From NCBI GenBank assembly GCA_023261815.1, contig JALNKA010000002.1, positions 68,340-132,339 on the forward strand: a stretch of DNA of 64,000 nt. Direction: 5' to 3'. The notes under the pieces were generated by a model. The model searched no databases. It was not told where the DNA came from and saw only the letters and a program-made list of their open reading frames with translations. Source of the DNA: Candidatus Wolframiiraptor sinensis (GTDB taxonomy: Archaea > Thermoproteota > Nitrososphaeria_A > Caldarchaeales > Wolframiiraptoraceae). Positions 19,655 to 33,197 of the stretch are shown one piece after another. Both the position numbers and the translations under genes were made by a program. How positions within the stretch are numbered: the stretch's first letter is position 1; each line of letters opens with the position of its first letter.

Positions 19655-19917
19655 GAGTGATGGATACCATAGTGCAGGCGAAGGGCCGTCCAAAATGCTT
19701 CCTCCATCCCATCATTCTCCTTTCCTTTAACCTGTTACTCATTCCAGTTAGAACCGTCTAGGGACGATTCATTCAAAGCTACTCCTTGGGCTCATAAGGG
19801 GGAGAATATATAGGCACAGGTATAGGTATATTATGTAGACAAATGATTTAGGGTGAGATCGTAGGCAAGAAAAAGGAAAATATCGCGTTGATCCAGAGTT
19901 TAACGCTATCCTGAGAG

Positions 19918-20211
19918 GTGGGCGTGGAGGCTTTGAAGCTGGCTCGCGCGCACGTGATAATAACCGGGAAGGTTCAAGGGGTTTTTTACCGGGTTAGCGC
20001 GAAAAAAACCGCGGATAAGTTCGGCGTGAAGGGCTGGATAAGGAACCTGCCGGATGGCAGGGTCGAGGCGGTTTTTGAGGGCGAAGAAGACGCCGTGAAG
20101 CGCATGATATCATGGTGCTGGGTCGGGCCCCCGGGAGCAAAAGTGATAAGCATAGACGTCGAGTGGGAGGAGTATCTCGGCGAATACAAGGACTTCCGCA
20201 TACTCTACTAG
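19918..20211 (+). CDS. acyP: Acylphosphatase
   Basis: GKVQGVFYR, GWIRNLPDGRVE, GPPGA. Confidence 0.95.
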   Translation: MGVEALKLARAHVIITGKVQGVFYRVSAKKTADKFGVKGWIRNLPDGRVEAVFEGEEDAVKRMISWCWVGPPGAKVISIDVEWEEYLGEYKDFRILY

Positions 20212-20283
20212 AGAGCTGGAGCGGATTCGAGCACCTCCGGTGCTCAAGCTTAATATATCGGGCTCAATTTCAGCCTCCTGAGA

Positions 20284-21012
20284 ATGCTAGCGAGAAAGCA
20301 GTCGTTAAAGGCCGCGGAGATTGCTCTCTCAACAGCCCTAGTCCTAGCGGCCACAATCATGGTGAATGTCTACGTTCCCGCGACCAGGGGGTACTTCAAC
20401 CTCGGCGAAACCATGATCTACCTTGTCGCGCTCCTCTTTAACCCGTTCACCGCGGCGTTCGCGGGAGGAGTGGGCTCCGCCTTAGCGGACATAATACTGG
20501 GTTACACGATCTACGCGCCGGCAACTCTCGTTATTAAGGCGGTGGAGGGGGCAGTGGCATCAGCGCTGTTTCGCAGGCTGAGGGTTGGAGGGAGGGTTGG
20601 AGGGCGAGCTCTCCTGGCCCTCTCCACGGGCACAGTCCTCGCGTACTCACTCCTGATCCTGATAATCGGTTACACGATCTTCGTCGGTGAGGTGGAGTTG
20701 ACGCTCTCCGAGTTCCTGAGGCTCAGGGGCTTCATAGACCCCGTCATATGGACTTTCATCGCATCGGCCTTAATCGCGACGCCGATCTACGTGCTCGTCA
20801 GGAAGAGGGGCGAGATAGGGCTCATCCTGCTATCACTGCTCTTCGCGGGATCGATAATGATTCTGGGATACTATCTCTACGAGCAGCTTATTCTGGGATA
20901 CTATGCCTTGGCTGAGGTTCCAGTAAACCTAGGGCAGGTAATATTGGGCATCGCCGTCGCAATACCAACGTATATGCTGGTGAGAAGGCACATCCAACGA
21001 TCCGCGGAATAG
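20284..21012 (+). CDS. ECF transporter S component
   Basis: PATRGYFNLGE, GGVGSALAD, APATLVIK; multiple TM helices. Confidence 0.88.
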   Translation: MLARKQSLKAAEIALSTALVLAATIMVNVYVPATRGYFNLGETMIYLVALLFNPFTAAFAGGVGSALADIILGYTIYAPATLVIKAVEGAVASALFRRLRVGGRVGGRALLALSTGTVLAYSLLILIIGYTIFVGEVELTLSEFLRLRGFIDPVIWTFIASALIATPIYVLVRKRGEIGLILLSLLFAGSIMILGYYLYEQLILGYYALAEVPVNLGQVILGIAVAIPTYMLVRRHIQRSAE

Positions 21013-21053
21013 TTATAAGATCCGCGACCCCATCCTTCTTCGGAGTGGTCTAG

Positions 21054-24001
<2,948 letters not shown>

Positions 24002-24106
24002 AGATAAAAGTGGTGATCAATGATTAGACAAAATTTTTCCGCCGAGCCCGGGGGAGGATAATACTTAAAGCTAGCGCCACAGAAAATAGTCTTCCGGTGT
24101 CCATTT

Positions 24107-25561
24107 ATGCCGCAGGTTCCACTGGAGCGTGTGGATGAGGTTGTCTGGAGGATTCCGAAGCATAGGCCGGATATGCGCGTCCCAGTTCTAGTTTTCGCCT
24201 CAGAGGATCTGCTGGAGAAGATGATGCAGGATAGGACGCTCATCCAGGCGGCTAACGTGGCCACGTTGCCCGGGATACTGAAGCACGCGGTGGTTCTGCC
24301 GGATGCCCACGAGGGCTACGGCTTCCCCATAGGAGGAGTTGGAGCAACAGACTACGAGGATGGAGTCATCTCCCCGGGGGGAGTCGGCTATGACATAAAC
24401 TGCGGGGTCAGGCTGATGGTCACCAACTTGGATGAGAAGGATGTTAGGCCGAGAATCCAGGAGCTGGTAAACACGATATTCAGGAATGTCCCCTCAGGAC
24501 TCGGATCTAGGAGAAGAGACTTCCAGGTTACTAGAAGCGAGCTCGATAGAATAGCGGTTGAGGGCGCGAGATATGTCATCGAGAAGTTCGGGCTGGGATG
24601 GCCCGAGGACCTAAAGCACATCGAGGAGGAGGGTTGCTTGGAGGGAGCTGACCCGAGCTACGTGAGCGCGGCGGCGAGGGAGCGAGGCCTGCCCCAGATA
24701 GGCACGCTGGGAAGCGGCAACCACTTCCTAGAAATCCAAGTAGTCGATAAGATATTCGATGAGAGAGCTGCCAAGCAGATGGGCATAACCCATAAGGGGC
24801 AGGTGACAGTCCTCGTCCACACGGGGAGCAGGGGCTATGGCCACCAGATCTGCAGCGACTATCTCAGGGTCATGGAGAGGGCCGCGCACAAGTATGGGAT
24901 AAGGCTCCCGGATAGGGAGCTCGCATGCGCGCCGGCTAATAGCAAGGAGGCCGAGAGCTATCTGAAGGCATTCGCCTGCGCCGTTAACTTCGCCTTTGCG
25001 AATAGGCAGGCGATAAGCCACTGGATTAGGCAGAGCTTCGCGGAGGTGTTCAGGCAGCCGGCCGAGGCCATGGGACTCCAGCTCATCTACGATGTTGCTC
25101 ATAACATCGTCAAGCTCGAGGAGCACGTGATCGACGGCGCGAGGAGGAAGGTCTGGGTTCACAGGAAGGGCGCAACGAGAAGCTTTCCAGCCGGCCACCC
25201 GCTCGTCCCAGAGGACTACAAGGATATCGGGCAGCCCGTTCTTCTTCCCGGATCGATGGGCACAGCCAGCTGGGTTCTTCTCGGAAGCCCGAAGGCCATG
25301 GAGATGACCTTCGGCAGCACGGCTCATGGCGCTGGCAGGACCGCGAGCAGGGCTGAGGCGAAGAGAAGGCTCACCGCAAGCCAGGTCATAGACGCCCTCA
25401 GCAGGAAGGGGATATACATCAAGAGCGATAGCATGGAGACCGTAGTCGAGGAGGCCGACCAAGCATACAAGAACGTTGACATAGTCGCTGAGGTGAGCCA
25501 TCGAGCCGGCATAGGAACCAAGGTCGCAAGACTGATACCGATGGGCGTCGTGAAGGGCTAG
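24107..25561 (+). CDS. rtcB: RNA-splicing ligase RtcB
   Basis: PDAHEGYGFPIGG, GYDINCG, GSGNHF, HTGSRG, HRKGAT, PGSMG, HGAGR. Confidence 0.97.
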   Translation: MPQVPLERVDEVVWRIPKHRPDMRVPVLVFASEDLLEKMMQDRTLIQAANVATLPGILKHAVVLPDAHEGYGFPIGGVGATDYEDGVISPGGVGYDINCGVRLMVTNLDEKDVRPRIQELVNTIFRNVPSGLGSRRRDFQVTRSELDRIAVEGARYVIEKFGLGWPEDLKHIEEEGCLEGADPSYVSAAARERGLPQIGTLGSGNHFLEIQVVDKIFDERAAKQMGITHKGQVTVLVHTGSRGYGHQICSDYLRVMERAAHKYGIRLPDRELACAPANSKEAESYLKAFACAVNFAFANRQAISHWIRQSFAEVFRQPAEAMGLQLIYDVAHNIVKLEEHVIDGARRKVWVHRKGATRSFPAGHPLVPEDYKDIGQPVLLPGSMGTASWVLLGSPKAMEMTFGSTAHGAGRTASRAEAKRRLTASQVIDALSRKGIYIKSDSMETVVEEADQAYKNVDIVAEVSHRAGIGTKVARLIPMGVVKG

Positions 25562-25564
25562 AGC

Positions 25565-25801
25565 ATGCTCGGCAAGGAGATCCTCAGCCCCCTCATGCTC
25601 CTCGGAATAATGCTGATGATGGTTGGAGCGATTTTGCTAATCCTCCCGCTGATCGCGAGAATGGGGATAAGGCTCGAGGAAGTCCACCCGCTAATACTCC
25701 TCGGAAAGAGATTTGATGGAGTTTATATCGGGACGTCTCCGCTGCTGATAATAATCATGGCCGCGCTATACATCGCGTTCCTTCTTCTGAGGCGGGGCTA
25801 A
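25565..25801 (+). CDS. Small membrane protein
   Basis: Two hydrophobic helices; starts 3 nt after rtcB stop. Confidence 0.65.
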   Translation: MLGKEILSPLMLLGIMLMMVGAILLILPLIARMGIRLEEVHPLILLGKRFDGVYIGTSPLLIIIMAALYIAFLLLRRG

Positions 25802-26439
25802 ACAAGCCTCCTAACCCTCATGAGATAGTTCAGGACCTGGTCATCGCTCAGCTGGGAGAAATCGTAGTAGAACTGGCCTATCGCGAAGAATGGGGTCGGG
25901 GTCTCGAGACACCTCACATCATCCACCTCTCTCGAGAGCTTTGGAAGAGTCTCCGGGGGAGCTACGGGCACGGCGATGACGAGCCTTCTTGGCTCAAGCT
26001 TCCTGAGAAATCTCGCGGTTGCTATAATCGTGGCGCCAGTTGCCACACCATCATCAACGAGGATCACGATGTAATCCTTGAGCGCTGGCAAAGGCTTGCC
26101 GCCTCGATATAGCTCGATTCTCCGCCTCACCTCCCTGAGCTCCCTCTCTCCCTCGCTTCTTATCCAGTCAAGGCTGACTCCCACGAGCCTGGCGACCTCC
26201 TCATCCACGTATATCGTCCCGTCCTCCGCGACCGCTCCGACCGCGAGCTCGGGATCCATCGGCGCCCCAATCTTCCTCGGCACGGTGACCTCCAGCGGAG
26301 AATCTAGCCTCATTGCTAGGACGTATCCGACCTCAACCCCTCCCCTCGGAATAGCTATTATGGCTAGTCTCTCGCCACGATAATTGGATAGAAGCTCGGC
26401 CAGCTTCTCGCCCGCATCAAGCCTATCCCTGAAGATCAT
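25798..26439 (-). CDS. Phosphoribosyltransferase family protein
   Basis: FRDRLDAG, IPRGG, ILVDDGVATG PRPP motif, FFAIGQFY. Confidence 0.9.
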   Translation of the reverse strand: MIFRDRLDAGEKLAELLSNYRGERLAIIAIPRGGVEVGYVLAMRLDSPLEVTVPRKIGAPMDPELAVGAVAEDGTIYVDEEVARLVGVSLDWIRSEGERELREVRRRIELYRGGKPLPALKDYIVILVDDGVATGATIIATARFLRKLEPRRLVIAVPVAPPETLPKLSREVDDVRCLETPTPFFAIGQFYYDFSQLSDDQVLNYLMRVRRLV

Positions 26440-26523
26440 CTCCGAGATCGAGATGCGTGGGATAGCTTATCAAGTTTCTCCGCGCCCTCGGCAATACTTA
26501 TTAACCGCGGGCTGCCCGCCTCC

Positions 26524-26739
26524 ATGGAAATGTCCTCTCAGCAGGAGTCCGCTGCTAGCATCATCTACCAGTGCGTCTGGTGCGGGAAGAAGTTCGAGAA
26601 GAGAATGCTCTCGAAGATAGCCGAGACTAGGTGCCCATATTGCGGGTTCAACGTGATAATGAAGGCGAGGTCGCCGACGGCGAAGCTGATAGTATCCTCG
26701 AAGCTGACGGAGGAGCAGAGGCTCCTGACCGAAGACTAG
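26524..26739 (+). CDS. rpoP: RNA polymerase subunit P (Rpo12)
   Basis: YQCVWCG...[14 protein letters not shown] zinc ribbon. Confidence 0.8.
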   Translation: MEMSSQQESAASIIYQCVWCGKKFEKRMLSKIAETRCPYCGFNVIMKARSPTAKLIVSSKLTEEQRLLTED

Positions 26740-27122
26740 CCCTTAATCCCCCTCATCTCATTAATCTTCTTAACGACCTCATCCATGAAGTCCTTGGCAT
26801 CTCCTGGCTCTATTATCGAGACGGAGCTGGCGCTAACTTGAAGGCCCGCGGCCTCCCCCAGCTCCCTCTTAGAAGCGACGAAAGTATAGGGTATCTTGCG
26901 CTCATCGCATAATGTCGGCAGGAATGCGACTATCTCCGGGGGATCCACGTCCATGGCTATCACGACGAACTTCGCCTGACCTCGCTCGATCGACTTGATG
27001 ACCTCATTCACGCCCTTCCTGATCTTGCCCGTCTCCCTGGCGAGCCTCACTACCTCGAGAGTCGCCTTCATCAGCTCCTCAGGAACCTCGAACGTTACAT
27101 AACTGGGCTTCGGATTAGGCAT
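26736..27122 (-). CDS. rpl7ae: Ribosomal protein L7Ae
   Basis: [31 protein letters not shown]. Confidence 0.96.
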   Translation of the reverse strand: MPNPKPSYVTFEVPEELMKATLEVVRLARETGKIRKGVNEVIKSIERGQAKFVVIAMDVDPPEIVAFLPTLCDERKIPYTFVASKRELGEAAGLQVSASSVSIIEPGDAKDFMDEVVKKINEMRGIKG

Positions 27123-27230
27123 ACGCCCTCATCTCCCCAGCACTTCATGAGAGCCCAAGCTAAAAACTTTCCCCCAGGCCCTCGATGATCGGAGAACGTT
27201 ATAAGATGGATGCTTCAAGTCGCTGTGAAG

Positions 27231-28949
27231 ATGAGCCTGGATGAGATGGCCCTGAAGTGGGCGCTGAAGAACGCCGTCGAGCATGATGGAAAGGCGATGG
27301 TCGGTCCCGTCATCGCGAAGATGCTCGGCGAGAGGCCGGAGCTCAAGACAAACATCGGGAGCGTTAGAAGAGCCGCTGAAGCAGCCGTCGAGAAGGTTAA
27401 CTCGATGAGTCTCGAGGAGCAGCGAGCACTGCTCGCGCGGATAGCGCCGGAGCTCCTTGAAGCTAAGCGCGTTGAGAAGAAGAGGCTTCCGCCCTTACCT
27501 GGAGCTGAGCCGGGCAAGGTCATCACTAGGCTGCCTCCGGAGCCGAGCGGATACATGCATATAGGCCACGCGATGAGCGGCCTCCTAAACTATCTCTATG
27601 CGAGGATGTATGGTGGCGTGATCTGGCTGAGATTCGAGGACACGGATCCCCGGAAGGTCAAGCCGGAATACTATGAGAGCTTCAGGAAGGGGTATAAGTG
27701 GCTTGGGATAGAGTGGGATCACGAGAAGAATAACAGCGACGACATGGAGTTATTCTACAGGTACGCGGAGCAGCTCATCAAGTCCGGTAAAGCATACGTA
27801 TGCACGTGCCCCGCTGAGAAGATCAGGAGGCTTAGGGCGCTAGGCGAGGAGTGCGAGCACAGATCCCATGGAGCTGATGAGAACCTGCATCTGTGGAATG
27901 AGATGCTCGCTGGAGGATTCGGCGAGGGCGAGGCGATACTGAGGCTGGTCGGGGACATGAAGCACGCGAATACCACGATGAGAGATCCGGCTTTATTCAG
28001 GATAATAGAGCATGAGCATCCACTCACCGGAGACCGGTATAGGGTCTGGCCCCTCTACGACTTCGCGGTCTCGATCGAGGACTACCTTTGCGGGGTTACG
28101 CACGTCCTTAGGACAAGCGAATTCGCCCTGAGAGACGAGCTCCAGAACTACATCAGGAGCCTGCTCGGCATAAGCCGCCACCCGATATACATCGAGTACT
28201 CGAGGTTCGAGTTCCAGGGCACGCCGGTCTCGAAGAGGAGGCTTAGAGCGGTACTCGAGGCCGGCCTCGCGAGAAGCTGGGATGACCCGCGGTTTCCAAC
28301 CATCGAGGGGATCAGGAGAAGGGGGATACTCCCGGAGGCGATAAGGGAGTTCACGATAACGCAGACGGGCTTCTCTTACGCGAAGCGGGAGTACGACTGG
28401 TCGCTCCTCTTCGCGATAAATAGGAGGATCTTGGACCCTGTTGCGAGAAGGCTCTTCTTCGCGCCTAACCCCGTTAAGCTCCTCATTGATGGAGCGCCCG
28501 AGATATCCGTGGAGGCGCCATATCATCCATCGAATATGGATCTCGGATCGAGGAACCTCAGGGCCGGCGGCGAGCTCTACATATCGGGAATCGATGCTGA
28601 GAGGATGAGACCCGGCGACGTTTACAGGCTGAAATACCTCATGAACTTCAAAGTCCTAGAAGTTAGCGGGAATATTATCCGAGCGGAGTTCATGGGCAGG
28701 GAGCCGATAAGGGATGTGCAGATAATCCAGTGGGTTCCCGCGGGCGAGTGCGTCGAGGTCGAGGTCCTAGTCCCCGGCGTGCTATACGTCAATGACGAGA
28801 TAAATCAGGAAAGCTTGAGGATCGTGAGGGGCCTCGGAGAAAGGGCCGTCGAGACGGTGAGGCTCGATGAGATAGTTCAGTTCGAGAGATTCGGCTTCTG
28901 CAGAAGGGACTCGGCGAGCGAGCTGAGATTCATCTTCGCCCACGACTAG
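27231..28949 (+). CDS. gltX: Glutamate--tRNA ligase
   Basis: PPEPSGYMHIGH, RFEDTDP, VSKR, WDDPR, QFERFGF. Confidence 0.96.
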   Translation: MSLDEMALKWALKNAVEHDGKAMVGPVIAKMLGERPELKTNIGSVRRAAEAAVEKVNSMSLEEQRALLARIAPELLEAKRVEKKRLPPLPGAEPGKVITRLPPEPSGYMHIGHAMSGLLNYLYARMYGGVIWLRFEDTDPRKVKPEYYESFRKGYKWLGIEWDHEKNNSDDMELFYRYAEQLIKSGKAYVCTCPAEKIRRLRALGEECEHRSHGADENLHLWNEMLAGGFGEGEAILRLVGDMKHANTTMRDPALFRIIEHEHPLTGDRYRVWPLYDFAVSIEDYLCGVTHVLRTSEFALRDELQNYIRSLLGISRHPIYIEYSRFEFQGTPVSKRRLRAVLEAGLARSWDDPRFPTIEGIRRRGILPEAIREFTITQTGFSYAKREYDWSLLFAINRRILDPVARRLFFAPNPVKLLIDGAPEISVEAPYHPSNMDLGSRNLRAGGELYISGIDAERMRPGDVYRLKYLMNFKVLEVSGNIIRAEFMGREPIRDVQIIQWVPAGECVEVEVLVPGVLYVNDEINQESLRIVRGLGERAVETVRLDEIVQFERFGFCRRDSASELRFIFAHD

Positions 28950-30027
28950 CCTTTCGAGCTCTTTGCGAAGCCCACTCGCTGAGAGGCCCCAAGAGAACAT
29001 ACCTGCATCTCTTAAGATCCGATATTGTTTTCGAGCCTGTTAGAAGCATCGCGACCCTTAGCTCCTCCGCCACGCGCGCGATCATCTTCTCAACATGCTC
29101 GGGCCCGGCTAGAGCTGGCTTGAGGAGCGGGCGGGCCATGCCGACGAAGTCAGCTCCAATGGCCATGGCCTTAGCGGCTTGAAGACCATTCCTTATTCCT
29201 CCCGACGCTATTAAATCCAGCCCCCTGACCCTGGAGACCTCGAGTATGGAGGCGGCGGTCGGTATGCCCCATTCTGAGTATAGCTCCGCAATTAGGGCTT
29301 TGGCTGCGTTTAAGCCCTTAACCCTCTCGGCTTCTATCTTGGCCCAGTTGGTCCCGCCCGCGCCGGCGACATCCACGGCCTTAACACCGGCCTTGGCGAG
29401 CCTCTCAGCGACCTCGCGCGAGACGCCGAACCCAACCTCCTTCACGATCACCGGAACATCCAGCTTCTCGCACAGCAACTCGATCGCGCGGAGTATCCCT
29501 TTGAAGCTCCTAGAGCCCTCGGGCTGAATAATTTCCTGGAGAACATTCAGGTGTATCGCGAGAGCATCGGCCTCGATCATCTCCACAGCCCTCTCCGCGT
29601 AGCCGACGCCGTGCTTCGCGAGCTCCACACCGCTAAGGTTTCCGATTAGAAAGCATCGGGGAGCAATCTTCCTCACGATATCATAAGTCTCCGCGAGCGC
29701 TGGGTTCTCGATTCCCGCGCGCTGGCTTCCAACGCCCATCGGTATATTGAGCTTCTCAGCGGCCTCGGCCAGGTTCCTGTTGATCTCGTAAGCCTCCCGA
29801 GCCCCGCCGGTCATACCCTCAATCAGGATGGGGTAGGAGAATTTCCTGCCGAGAAGTCTTGCCTCGAGAGAGATCTCATCCCAGCTTAGCTCTGGCAGAG
29901 CATTATGGATGAGCTCGACGTGCTCGAGCCAGGTCGTCTTCTCAGAGAAATCAGCCTCATCGCCTAAGTCCAGGCACAGGCTGATATGATCCCTCTTCCT
30001 CTCCTCAATCCCTCCCATGTGTCTCAA
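28930..30027 (-). CDS. fni: Type 2 isopentenyl-diphosphate isomerase
   Basis: RKRDHI, MTGG, GVGSQR, HLN..QE..QPEG, KEVG, GAGGTNW, SGGIR. Confidence 0.96.
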   Translation of the reverse strand: MRHMGGIEERKRDHISLCLDLGDEADFSEKTTWLEHVELIHNALPELSWDEISLEARLLGRKFSYPILIEGMTGGAREAYEINRNLAEAAEKLNIPMGVGSQRAGIENPALAETYDIVRKIAPRCFLIGNLSGVELAKHGVGYAERAVEMIEADALAIHLNVLQEIIQPEGSRSFKGILRAIELLCEKLDVPVIVKEVGFGVSREVAERLAKAGVKAVDVAGAGGTNWAKIEAERVKGLNAAKALIAELYSEWGIPTAASILEVSRVRGLDLIASGGIRNGLQAAKAMAIGADFVGMARPLLKPALAGPEHVEKMIARVAEELRVAMLLTGSKTISDLKRCRYVLLGPLSEWASQRARKASRGRR

Positions 30028-30079
30028 GCCAGTAAACGAAATGATATATAGCTGATGCTGACGATATATTTGCCCGGCC

Positions 30080-30928
30080 TTGGCTAGGAGGAGGCCCGCG
30101 GTCTCAGGAATGTTCTATCCATCGGCGCGAGAAAGCCTGCTAAGGGAGATAGAATCCTGCTTCCTGCATATGCTCGGGCCTGGAGCGCTCCCGAGGAGAG
30201 TTAAGGGGGATAAGAGGCCGAGCGCCCTGATCTCGCCCCATGCCGGCTACATGTACTCAGGGCCCGTCGCCGCTCACGCTTATGCGCAGCTGGATGAATG
30301 CAGGGTTGAGACGGCCATATTACTCGGCCCAAATCACTATGGTGTTGGAACTCCTGTCTCCATCTTCCCGGAGGGCGTCTGGGCGACGCCGCTCGGCGAG
30401 ATCCCGATCGACACCGAGCTGGCCATGGAGCTATCAAGGATATCCGACGTCTTCTCCTTGGACGAGATATCCCATGAGCACGAGCACTCGATAGAGGTTC
30501 AGCTGCCATTCCTCCAATACGTTGTCGGCGGCTTCAAGCTGGTCCCAATATGCATGCTAGACCAGAGCATCGAGACTGCCATGAGGGTTGGCGAGGCGAT
30601 AGCAGAGATCCTCAGGAGGAGGAATGATGTCGCCCTGATAGCATCAAGTGACATGACGCATTATGAGCCCCATGAGCGCGCGTGCAGAAAGGATTCCATA
30701 GCGCTGGAGAAGATAAGAAGCCTGGACGTCGAGGGCCTCTACGAGGCAATTCTCGAGCACGATATATCCATGTGCGGATATGGGCCTGTGGCCGCGGTGC
30801 TCCACGCCTGCAGGAGAATTGGTGCCCATCAAGCCGAGGTCCTGAAATATGCCACGAGCGGCGACATATCCGGCGACTACAGCTCCGTCGTCGGCTACGC
30901 GGCCGTCAAGATAGGGCTTCCAGAGTAG
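30080..30928 (+). CDS. MEMO1 family protein
   Basis: PAVSGMFYP, PHAGYMYSG, GPNH, EHSIEVQLPFL, SSDMTH, CGYGP. Confidence 0.93.
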   Translation: MARRRPAVSGMFYPSARESLLREIESCFLHMLGPGALPRRVKGDKRPSALISPHAGYMYSGPVAAHAYAQLDECRVETAILLGPNHYGVGTPVSIFPEGVWATPLGEIPIDTELAMELSRISDVFSLDEISHEHEHSIEVQLPFLQYVVGGFKLVPICMLDQSIETAMRVGEAIAEILRRRNDVALIASSDMTHYEPHERACRKDSIALEKIRSLDVEGLYEAILEHDISMCGYGPVAAVLHACRRIGAHQAEVLKYATSGDISGDYSSVVGYAAVKIGLPE

Positions 30929-30981
30929 CCCGGGAAAAGGGTTAAGAGGAGAGCCTTTACCTCGTCTGGAAGAGGCTGGCG

Positions 30982-31203
30982 ATGAGCAAGAGGGTTGAGA
31001 AGATCGAGGAGCCCGTCCCAGCGGTCGTCGAGCAGATAGTGGGCAGGACCGGCGTAACCGGCGAGGTTACCCAGGTCAGAGTCAGGATACTCGAGGGAAG
31101 GGATGCTGGTAGGGTCATCTCGAGGAACGTCAAGGGTCCGGTGAGGATCGGAGACATCATAATGCTCTTGGACACTGAGAGGGAAGCTGAGAAGATAAGG
31201 TAA
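30982..31203 (+). CDS. rps28e: Ribosomal protein S28e
   Basis: [28 protein letters not shown]. Confidence 0.96.
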   Translation: MSKRVEKIEEPVPAVVEQIVGRTGVTGEVTQVRVRILEGRDAGRVISRNVKGPVRIGDIIMLLDTEREAEKIR

Positions 31204-31218
31204 GGCGGGGTGGCTGCC

Positions 31219-31416
31219 ATGCCGACGAGGCATAAATGCGCCTTCTGCGGGAGAGAGTTCCTCCACGGCAAGGGCATGCTATACGTGAGGAATGATGGGT
31301 CGCAGCTCTGGTTCTGCTCTAGGAAATGCAGGATCAGCATGATAGACCTGAGGAGGGATCCGCGCAAATTCAAGTGGACGGAGAAGTACGCGCCCGAGAC
31401 CATCAGGGCCAGGTGA
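31219..31416 (+). CDS. rpl24e: Ribosomal protein L24e
   Basis: CAFCG..GKGMLYVRNDG..FCSRKC..RDPRKFKWT. Confidence 0.96.
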   Translation: MPTRHKCAFCGREFLHGKGMLYVRNDGSQLWFCSRKCRISMIDLRRDPRKFKWTEKYAPETIRAR

Positions 31417-31466
31417 GGCGCTCCCTAGAGATCATCCATATATTGCCGCTCATCAAGCCACAGGAT

Positions 31467-31904
31467 ATGAGCGAGAGAAGCGAGATCGAGAGAACATTCG
31501 TAATGCTCAAGCCCAGCTGCATCCAAAGGGGGTTGATGGGCGAAGTCATCTCCAGATTCGAGAGAAAGGGATTCAGGATACTCCAGATAAAGATCCTGAA
31601 GATGCCCAGGGAGAAGGCGGAGGAGCTATACAGGGTTCATGAGGGCAAGCCCTTCTACCAAAGCCTGATAAACGCGATATCCGGAAAGACCGTGGCCCTG
31701 ATGGTTCTCGAGGGCAGGAGGGCGATAAGCGTCGTCAGGAAGATTATAGGCGCAACCGATCCAGCGCAAGCGGAGGCAGGCACAATCCGCGGAGACCTCG
31801 CAATAGACCTAACCGACAACCTGATCCACGCCTCGGATAGCCCCGAATCATATGAGCGCGAGCACAGGATATTCTTCAGCGAGGAGGAGCTAGAGACAGC
31901 ATGA
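31467..31904 (+). CDS. ndk: Nucleoside diphosphate kinase
   Basis: ERTFVMLKP, HEGKPFY, GATDP, GTIRGD, NLIHASDS. Confidence 0.95.
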   Translation: MSERSEIERTFVMLKPSCIQRGLMGEVISRFERKGFRILQIKILKMPREKAEELYRVHEGKPFYQSLINAISGKTVALMVLEGRRAISVVRKIIGATDPAQAEAGTIRGDLAIDLTDNLIHASDSPESYEREHRIFFSEEELETA

Positions 31905-31962
31905 TCGCCTCGGCCAAAGCATAAATGTTAAGAGCTGGAGGCTCCAGACCTGTAAAAGGAGG

Positions 31963-33195
31963 TTGTCGACCATTAAGCCGCTTCCAGCTCAGCCTGAGGT
32001 GAATATCGGGACGTTGGGCCACGTCGATAATGGTAAGAGCACGATAGTTCAAGCGATAACGGGCATTTGGCCGGCGAGGCACTCGGAGGAGCTGAAGAGG
32101 GGGATTACGATCAAAATAGGATACGCTGATGCCGCGATTTACCGTTGCCCCAGCTGCGAGGAGCCCCACAACTACACGACGCGGGAGAAGTGCCCGAGAT
32201 GCGGCTCGAATACTGAGTTCGTCAGGGCCATCTCCTTCATAGACTGCCCGGGCCATCACTCCCTCATGATTACCATGCTATCCGGCGCAGCGCTCTTCGA
32301 CGGGGCGATATTCGTCGCCGATGTCAGGCATAAGTTCCCGCAGCCACAGGATCGAGAGCATCTTCAAGCAGCGCTAATACTCGGCGTCAAAAACGTGATA
32401 TTCGCCCAGAACAAGATTGATGTCTCGACTAGGGAGAGGGCTCTGGAGAACTACGAGGAGATCAGGAGCTACATTAAGAAGACAATCGTTGAGAATGCGC
32501 CGATAATCCCGGTCTCGGGCCAACATGAGATCGGAATAGACGTGCTTCTCTGGGCCATGGAGAAGTTCATACCAACGCCTCCCAAAGAACTGGATAAGCC
32601 ATTCCGCATGCCAATCCTCAGGTCATTCGACATCAACCCGCCCGGGACACCGGCGCAGAAGCTGAAAGGCGGTGTAATAGGGGGCTCAATAATCAGGGGC
32701 GTCATCAGGGTTGGCGACGAGATAGAGATCGCACCGGGCCCGATAATCGATGGAAAGTGTGAGCCAATTATTACGGAGGTGGTGAACATCAAAGCCGGTG
32801 GAAGAAATGTCGAGGAGGCCAGGAGCGGCGGGCTGACGGGGATAGAGACAAAACTCGATCCAGCCCTGACGAAAGCCGACGGTATGACGGGTAACATGGC
32901 TGGAAAGCCTGGAACACTTCCACCCGTAAGAAGCCACTTGGAGATAGAGTACAAGCTCTTCGAGAAGGTGGTTGGATTGAGCGAGGATGTCGCGGTGGCT
33001 CCCATAAGGGAGGGCGAGAACATCGTGATAAACATCTACTCTGCGGTCACGAGTGGGGTCGTCAAAAGGCGGACGAGCGATAAGATGGAGCTGGCCCTGA
33101 GGAGGCCGATCGTGGCCGATGACGGCGACAAGGTCGCGATATCCAGAATAATGGGGTCAGCATGGAGGTTAATAGGGTACGGGAAGATAGTCTAG
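31963..33195 (+). CDS. eif2g: Translation initiation factor 2 gamma subunit
   Basis: QPEVNIGTLGHVDNGKS, RGITIKIGYA, DCPGH, NKID, WRLIGYG. Confidence 0.97.
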   Translation: MSTIKPLPAQPEVNIGTLGHVDNGKSTIVQAITGIWPARHSEELKRGITIKIGYADAAIYRCPSCEEPHNYTTREKCPRCGSNTEFVRAISFIDCPGHHSLMITMLSGAALFDGAIFVADVRHKFPQPQDREHLQAALILGVKNVIFAQNKIDVSTRERALENYEEIRSYIKKTIVENAPIIPVSGQHEIGIDVLLWAMEKFIPTPPKELDKPFRMPILRSFDINPPGTPAQKLKGGVIGGSIIRGVIRVGDEIEIAPGPIIDGKCEPIITEVVNIKAGGRNVEEARSGGLTGIETKLDPALTKADGMTGNMAGKPGTLPPVRSHLEIEYKLFEKVVGLSEDVAVAPIREGENIVINIYSAVTSGVVKRRTSDKMELALRRPIVADDGDKVAISRIMGSAWRLIGYGKIV

Positions 33196-33197
33196 CG

